A stretch of 63,859 bases of DNA, filler included, from Ministeria vibrans ATCC 50519 (taxonomy: Eukaryota > Protista > Filasterea): assembly GCA_943704425.1 (NCBI GenBank). It is 9 parts of 9 records of this genome, joined end to end, with 100 filler letters (N's around TTAATTAATTAA, not from the genome) between each part and the next. Parts side by side here need not be neighbours in the genome. Positions count along the whole stretch, not along the records: positions 56,822 to 59,611 come from CALSCP010000517.1; positions 59,712 to 62,259 come from CALSCP010000840.1; positions 62,360 to 63,859 come from CALSCP010002599.1; 6 more parts are not named here. One strand, 5' to 3'. A program made the translations under genes and the position numbers. The first letter of the stretch is position 1. The number at the start of each line of letters is the position of its first letter. The notes beneath the pieces were generated by a model. The model did no database searches, had not been told where the DNA came from, and saw only the letters and a program-made list of their open reading frames with translations. Positions 56,953-63,859 of this stretch are shown here, piece by piece.

Positions 56953-57825
56953 GACGCAATGCCGCACACGACGATGCTCTTGCTGCCGAGCTTGTCGCAG
57001 ATCCCAAAGAGAGGAGTGAACACATCATGTTGGTTGATCTGGGCCGAAACGATGTGAACCGAGTGTGTCGTCCCGAGACTGTCAAAGTAAGTGAGTGCAC
57101 TGTCATTGAACGTGTTCTCTGTGCTATTTGGTGGTTGAAAGTGATGTTGATGCGGTTGTTTGTTGTTGAAGGTGGACGCTCTGATGCGCATTGAGCGCTA
57201 CTCGCATGTGATGCACATAGTCTCCGAAGTGAGTGGGCAGTTGCGCCCTAACCTCACTCCTTTTGATGCTTTCAAGAGCATCTTTCCCGCCGGGACAGTG
57301 TCTGGTGCACCCAAGATTATGGCAGTGGGCATTGTGGGAGAACTTGAACAGGAGCGACGTGGTAAGATTATAAAGAAAGATAGAAGAGAGTGAGAAAAAG
57401 AGGTAGAGGGAGAGAGAAAAGCACGATTTGTATGTAATAATTGGGCGAGCTGTGTGTGTTCTGATATGGATGTCTGTCTTGCAGGAGTGTATGCAGGAGC
57501 AGTGGGCTACTTTGGACTCGGGGGCACGATTGACACGTGCATTGCGATCCGTACAATGGTCTTCCACAAGGGGACAGCGTACCTGCAGGCCGGAGGGGGC
57601 ATTGTGTACGACAGTGATGAGCAAAGCGAGTGGGAAGAGACTATGAACAAGCTCAGAGGGAACCTCACGGCAATCGACCGTGCCGAGCGCCACTATTACG
57701 CACTTCAGCAGAAGAGCAACACCAACGGTAGCGGCAGCGACAACAACAACAGCAATAGCACCAAGCGAGAGGGATCGCACGACGACCAGGACCACCAGAG
57801 CACAAAGCGCGTTTGCGTTGAGTGA
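56953..57825 (+). CDS. trpE: Anthranilate synthase component I (TrpE/TRP2), C-terminal part
   Basis: [22 protein letters not shown]; [12 protein letters not shown]; [14 protein letters not shown]; [36 protein letters not shown]. Confidence 0.95.
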
Positions 57826-57860
57826 ACATTATTGGAGACACAACCGAACAGAGTAACACG

Positions 57861-58255
57861 ATGGAGACGGCCAATTTGGTGCTGGCCAAGATTGAGGGAA
57901 ACCGCACGTTGATGATCGACAACTACGACAGTTTCACCTACAATGTGTATCAGTATTTGGAGCAGTTGGGAGCGAATGTGACTGTATTTCGCAATGACAA
58001 AGTAGGACATTGAGTGGTTGTGCGAGGAATATCATTGATCACTGATTGTGTGTAGATTACGGTGGAGGAATGCGCTGCGTTTGACCCGACGCACGTGGTG
58101 GTGTCGCCCGGACCAGGACACCCCTCGCGCGATGCAGGAGTCAGCAAGGACGTCATTCGGTGAGAGAGAGAGAGAGAGGAGGGAGAGTAGGAAGGGAGAA
58201 GGAAAGGAGGATTTGAGAGAGAGAGAGAAATAGAGGAGGGAGAAAGAAACAAAGT

Positions 58256-58352
<97 letters not shown>

Positions 58353-59026
58353 TGTGTGTGTGTGTGTGTGTGTGATCACGACTTCCATACTAACTGTGAT
58401 TGATAGACATTTTGCGGGGAAAGTGCCTGTGCTTGGAGTATGTATGGGAGAGCAGTGTATGTGTGAGGTACGAGTCGAGTGTACAATTTGTTATGTTCTG
58501 ATAGGCTAGTGCATAGGTGTATGGAGCGACTGTTGCGTTTGCGGGTGAGATTGTGCATGGAAAGACGTCTGAGATTGAGCACGACGGACTGGGACTGTAC
58601 CAGGTAGACGACAATGGGGATACCCCGACATAATGCACTCAATCGCTTTTTTGTGCGTAGGATGCGCCGGAGCGCTTTTCTGTGACACGCTACCACTCGC
58701 TGTCGTGTGTGCCTGCGTCTGTCGCCCCAGACACTGTGCCGCTGAGGGTGACGTCGACTGCGCCAGGCGGCATCATTATGGGCGTACGGCACACGCAGTT
58801 TGTGGTGGAGGGAGTGCAGTACCATCCGGAGGTACACTATATAACATATTCTTGTGTGTGTTTTGCTCATGCGTGTATTGGTGCGTAGTCGATTTTATCC
58901 GAGCATGGGAAGCTTCTCTTTGCCAACTTTTTGTCGTGGAGCGGCGGTACGTGGGAGGAGCTAAAGCGTGGCACCGAGCATGGCTGTCTTGCGCGCGCTC
59001 ACCTCAATCAACTTGTGACCAAATGA
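57861..59026 (+). CDS. trpG: Anthranilate synthase component II (TrpG glutamine amidotransferase)
   Basis: [16 protein letters not shown]; VVSPGPGHP; [10 protein letters not shown]; GEIVHGKTS; TRYHSL; GVQYHPE|[19 protein letters not shown]. Confidence 0.95.
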
Positions 59027-59240
59027 AAATAATTATTTTACTCTTTTAAATATTACGATTTTACATTGCCGTCTAGAATTCTACGGCGGAAGCATTGTGC
59101 TGTTGTGCTATATAATAACGTTAATTTCGTGTTAATTATATTATTATTATTATTATTATTATTACTATTGTTTGAGTATCAATCTGATGTAGTATTATAT
59201 AATTAATGAAATTATCAATCAATTTCTCTTCCTTCGGTTC

Positions 59241-59611
59241 ATGGAAGAGTGTGAGAAGTGCCACCTGCCCCTCCGGCGTGGGGCGAAATTCTGCCACAAA
59301 TGTGGACAGAATGTGTATCCGAAAAAGTGCTCCAGGTGCCATTTGGCGGCGCGCTCGACAGCGCGCTTCTGCGGCGGCTGCGGCCTCGCCTTTGCGGCTG
59401 TGTGCAGGGCATGCAGCGCCACCCTTCTTGCCGATGCTCGATTCTGTCGGTAGGAGACTGTTTTGTGTCTTCCCGTCGAGAGAGAGAGAGAGTGAGAGAG
59501 AGAGAGAGGCGACTGACGGACAGACGAGTGTCTCCTCCGCCGCTCGCTTCCTATCGGAGTAATGGGATCAGCATCAAAAACGACAACAAACGCAACATAC
59601 TCTGCCTGAGG
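59241..59611 (+). CDS. Double zinc-ribbon (CxxC repeat) protein, truncated by gap
   Basis: CEKC..AKFCHKCG..CSRC..ARFCGGCG..CRAC..ARFC. Confidence 0.7.
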
Positions 59612-59782
59612 NNNNNNNNNNNNNNNNNNNNNNNNNNNNNNNNNNNNNNNNNNNNTTAATTAATTAANNNNNNNNNNNNNNNNNNNNNNNNNNNNNNNNN
59701 NNNNNNNNNNNCCCCCCCCCCACCACAACACCCCGCCTGGCCATGCCGAGGCGCAGCTGAACACACAGCCCTCTTGCTCTAG

Positions 59783-60201
59783 GTGGATACCAGCCGTTTG
59801 AACTGCTGGGACCCTACTCGGTGTCCAAGACGGCTCTCATCGGACTGTCGCAGGCGCTGTCCAAATCGCTGGCGGGACAGGGCATCCGCGTCAACTGTCT
59901 GGCCCCAGGCATTATCAAGACCAAGTTCTCGGAGGCGCTGTGGAAGAACGACGCAGTCAAGGAGGAGATGCTTAAGACGGTGCCGTTGCATCGTATTGGA
60001 GAACCGGACGAGATGGCAGGTAAAAAGAAAGAAAAGTTGTTGTTGTTGTTGCTGTCGCCTGTCGGTGACTGAACTGTGTGTGTCTGTGTGTGTGTCTGTC
60101 TGTTTGTGTCAGGTGCCGTGGCGTACATGGTAAGCGACGATGCATCGTATATGACGGGCGAGACAATGGTGGTGGCGGGGGGAATGCAGTCACGATTGTA
60201 A
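59783..60201 (+). CDS. DHRS4-like peroxisomal short-chain dehydrogenase, C-terminal part
   Basis: LGPYSVSKTAL (YxxxK); IRVNCLAPGIIKTKFS; DASYMTGETMVVAGGMQSRL* with a PTS1 SRL signal. Confidence 0.9.
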
Positions 60202-60320
60202 CAAAGAACAAAGAACTTCCGCAGATTTTGTTTTTCTTTCTTTCTCCTTTTCTCTCTTGTGGCCTGACAATTATTTTTTTACAATCGCTTCCCCCCTAAT
60301 TTTTGGAATCAGCAAGCGCA

Positions 60321-60485
60321 CTAAATCCGACCCTCGTCGAAGAATCCTGCCGGGCACGGATTGGAAAAACATAGGGCAGGCGTACTGCAGATTCTGCCCA
60401 TGTATGTAGAGGTGCAGCGGTACGAAAACGACGATGCATCTGCCACGCAGCTAGCCGCATTCAGGCACGGGCTGTAAGCGCAAGG
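60321..60485 (-). pseudogene. Isolated, degenerate EGF-like domain fragment
   Basis: PCAYSPCLNAASCVADASSFSYRCTSTYMGRICSTPALCFSNPC..*; the 4th Cys reads Tyr; in-frame TGA just upstream. Confidence 0.5.
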
Positions 60486-60620
60486 TGTCGACAATGACAA
60501 CGCATTGGAAATTCGGTCTCATGATTGAAAATCACCGAAACTCTGACAATGCAACATAAAAAAATCTGCACAATTTTTACAAGCCCCATGGTTAATAATA
60601 CAGTTTCCGTTTTCTTCTTC

Positions 60621-62161
60621 TTAAAAGTCGTAAATTTGCTCATTTTCGGGCGGTTGAGCGGAACCAATCGGACAGCACTCTCTAAACACAGAGCAAAGAG
60701 ACATACAAAATCAAACCCGGCGCACGCACACACAATGCGTTTGTTTTTCGGTTAAACATACTTTGGGGGCTTCGACCAGTCGTACAGTTTCATAATTTGC
60801 GCTTCACTTTCGCACTTTTTCCCATTGAATTTAAGCATATTTGAGTAGATTCCGGGAAGAGACTGTTTGTGAAAGACCTAACAAACAAGTAAAAGCCATT
60901 ATTTTATAAATTATTACGTCTTATCTTCTTCTTCTATTATTATTATTATTATAATAGTGCCGTAGTACGCACGATGCTTTTTTTGAGAAGTATTGTTCGT
61001 ATATATTACCATTCTTGAGTTTGTACAGCCGTGGAGAGTGTTTCCGCTGTCAAAGCGAACATCGTGTTTGCGCACAATGTCCAGTGCACTGAGATACGTG
61101 CCTGTCGCCGCATCTTCGATTCTATTTGAATATTTGGACGGTTGTGTGTGTGTGTGTGTGTTATGGAGAGGCGCACGTAAGAGAATGCGAGGAAGATTCT
61201 GACCTCATTGGCTCAAACCAAGCCGCTTCTTTGACAAGAAACTCAATGAGATCGCGAGTCATGATGTAGCCACCGCCATAGGCATAAGGAAGGTAGGAGT
61301 CGCATGGAGGGTAGGAGTCCACAGCCCTGTAATTAAAGTTAGGGTCAGGGTTGGAGTTGGGGTTACGCTTAGACCATTAGGGTTAGGATTAGAAACACAC
61401 TCACACACCACACTAAGATACGTATACCATCGTGCCCATGCGCCTGTTCGCTCCCACACCACTTCGTTGTAATGGAACATTCCCCAGAAGAGTCGAGAGT
61501 GCGGCACTTTTCGTGCATTCACAACTGCTTTGAACTCGTTAAAGTCAAAAAAGGTGTCATCGTCACACTATTCCATACACACACATATATACATATACCA
61601 AACCAAAATAGTCAGCTCATATTGTATACTGCGCTTAACCTTTCGTACCTTCAAATAGTAGTCATATTCGACATTTTCAAATGCGTATTTCTATGCAAGC
61701 AAACTCATTCAGTTTCCCGTCTGCACTTCTTCGCTGCTTACGAATCCTTCAAGAACTTTCACAGTGAGCAGCGAGTCGTAACTTTCGCCCATGTTTAAAT
61801 ACACAATATCGCCATATTTCTCTTGTTCAATATCAATCTGAAAGAACACCCACAAAAGTCAGTGTAAGAGGAAGCTCTTTTCAGGCTTACGGATTTCTTG
61901 AGATCCGATGTGAGACCGTTCCGATTAGTTTTCGTACGCGGGTCCTTGGCAATGAGAAACTTCAAGACGGCAGACGAGTCGAGGAATTGGCCCCAGGACT
62001 CGCGAACTTCGTTGCGACGCTTTTCGTTGCTACCCAAAATGAGAGAGTGTGTCAGCGCTGGTGGGCCGTCCGTTGCGAGGTGTACCGAACGCCGCTTAGG
62101 ATCATGATGGCTAATAGTTTCTTTTTGATAGGACACGAGTTGGTCGTGGCACAGGAGGGCT
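60621..62161 (-). CDS. GT31 beta-1,3-galactosyltransferase, B3GALT6-like; 5'-truncated
   Basis: LAIMILSGVR|NEKRRNEVRESW; EQEKYGDI; DDDTF; RLFWG; CDSYLPYAYGGGYIMTRDL; EDAATG..HDVRFD..GC; HKQS; YDWSKPPK|ECC. Confidence 0.85.
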
Positions 62162-62168
62162 CTATGAA

Positions 62169-62259
<91 letters not shown>

Positions 62260-62433
62260 NNNNNNNNNNNNNNNNNNNNNNNNNNNNNNNNNNNNNNNNN
62301 NNNTTAATTAATTAANNNNNNNNNNNNNNNNNNNNNNNNNNNNNNNNNNNNNNNNNNNNGCAGCACGTGAAACAACCAGAAGGCTCCAACCTTTGAGTCT
62401 TCGTTATATATATATATCTCTGAGTGTGCGTAC

Positions 62434-63697
62434 CTTTGAGTGCGTTGAGGGTGTAAGTGCATTCCTTGAACTTCTCTGTGGGTGGCAAAGGAAGTGCCTC
62501 AAAGGGATTCTCCGGGTGCGATGCGCTGCGACCTGTTCCGTCATTGTCCTCAGTGAACACGCGTTGACCTGCCAGTGTGTGAGTGAATGACACAGAGAAA
62601 AGTAAGACAGTCAGTATATAATAATATAATAATTTTATAATAAATATTTATATAGACGTACCTTCCTCTTTGACTTTGGTACGGCACTCCTGGTTCTTCC
62701 ACAGTTCGTAATTGACCCATGCAAGCATCGATGCACTCGTCTCGTGTCCCGCCAGAAGGAAACTCTTCACTTCGTCGCGAAGTTGATCAACCTGTATTAA
62801 AATTAGTGAGAGAGGATGTTAGAAGGAGAAGTAAGAAGGCAAACGACAGTCACTTGAAGCACAACACAACCGTTGAACAAACACATGAGAAGATGCAGAA
62901 AAATCACACAAAAAAGAAATAAAAAATGAAAATGGTACCATCGCATCATCGAAATCTTCCACTGCAATGGCAGCAAGAGTGCGGTCGAGAATGTCAGGAC
63001 GGCCTTTCGGCTTTGCATTGACTGCGCGTGTGGACTGCCAGCGGTTGCGGATGAGATCAATCACGTACTTGTTCAAGTTCTTGACAGTGCGTTTGTAGTG
63101 TCTGAGTGGATGGATAAGAAAGAGTGTGAGTGAGGAAACAGAAACACACATGAATTTACCTTTGAGTGGAAGTGGGAGCATAAGGTCTGAGCGGATTCCA
63201 AATGCGCCGATTGGACTCAGTGACAATCGGCAAATAGAGCTCAGGAAGAACCTCGCCCGATTCCTCAGGAGTCAGACTTAGAATCAGCTCACCAATCACT
63301 TGTAACGTCAGCACTCGGAATTCTGTTAAAGCACAATAATAATTTATCATAAGTATAAATGAGAAGCGAATGTAATCAAACAATCCTTTCTTATTTGTTT
63401 GTTTGAAAATGTACACATGCGAGACAAATCTCATTCTGTCACAAAACAAAAATAAGCACTCTTTTGTGATTTTTTACCTTCACTGAGATCAATAGTTTCA
63501 GTGGTGCCGCGAATCTTCTCCAGTTTGGTACTGAGACGATCCACAGCGCGTTTGGCAACGTCGACTGTCTCCTCAAGAATGTCAATGCGCAGAGCGGGCC
63601 CCAGAAGCAGACGTTGGCGCTGCCACAGTTCTCCTTTGGACGTGATCAGTCCGTTTCCGATCAGATCCAAAAAGGGTCGATACGAAAAATCGATATC
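62434..63697 (-). CDS. Cytochrome P450, internal fragment
   Basis: IGNGLITSKGELWQRQR (WxxxR); DILD; QLRDEVKSFLLAGHETSASML (I-helix); NALK leading toward the K-helix. Confidence 0.92.
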
Positions 63698-63757
63698 CTA
63701 CACACAATTTGAAATGAGACGCAAAGAGAGAGCGAAAGAAAGAGAAAGAGAGAGAGA

Positions 63758-63859
<102 letters not shown>

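Overview
Eukaryotic nuclear DNA from a gene-dense, intron-rich unicell. Its gene set looks opisthokont/holozoan-like (MOB2, GK5, LAMTOR4, B3GALT6, FoxN/FoxK-like, hnRNP L-like); this placement is an inference from recalled protein similarity, not a search. The window is nine contig pieces joined by eight 100-nt N/TTAATTAATTAA/N spacers, so adjacency across spacers is unreliable. I rebuilt about 33 genes or gene fragments by hand. Every intron I traced is canonical GT-AG and uses the standard code, and many introns are filled with AG/AC/AAT microsatellites. Most genes are housekeeping. The strongest candidate for a new system is on the first contig: a 3-exon, apparently cytosolic IRE1/RNase L-type pseudokinase-KEN(HEPN) ribonuclease with an intact R-N-x3-H motif and an unrecognised N-terminal domain. 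It converges on a gene with at least 12 near-identical, shuffled 132-bp TPR repeats, which may be an innate-immunity-like locus. Other points: a trpE-trpG junction with a GTGA stop/start overlap; a dispersed (AG)n-AAACAAAGTGAT-(AG)n intronic motif in many unrelated genes; telomere-type TTAGGG repeats at an intronic duplication junction and at a branch point; an in-frame cassette-like exon in QCR8; and a B3GALT6-like proteoglycan-linker enzyme.
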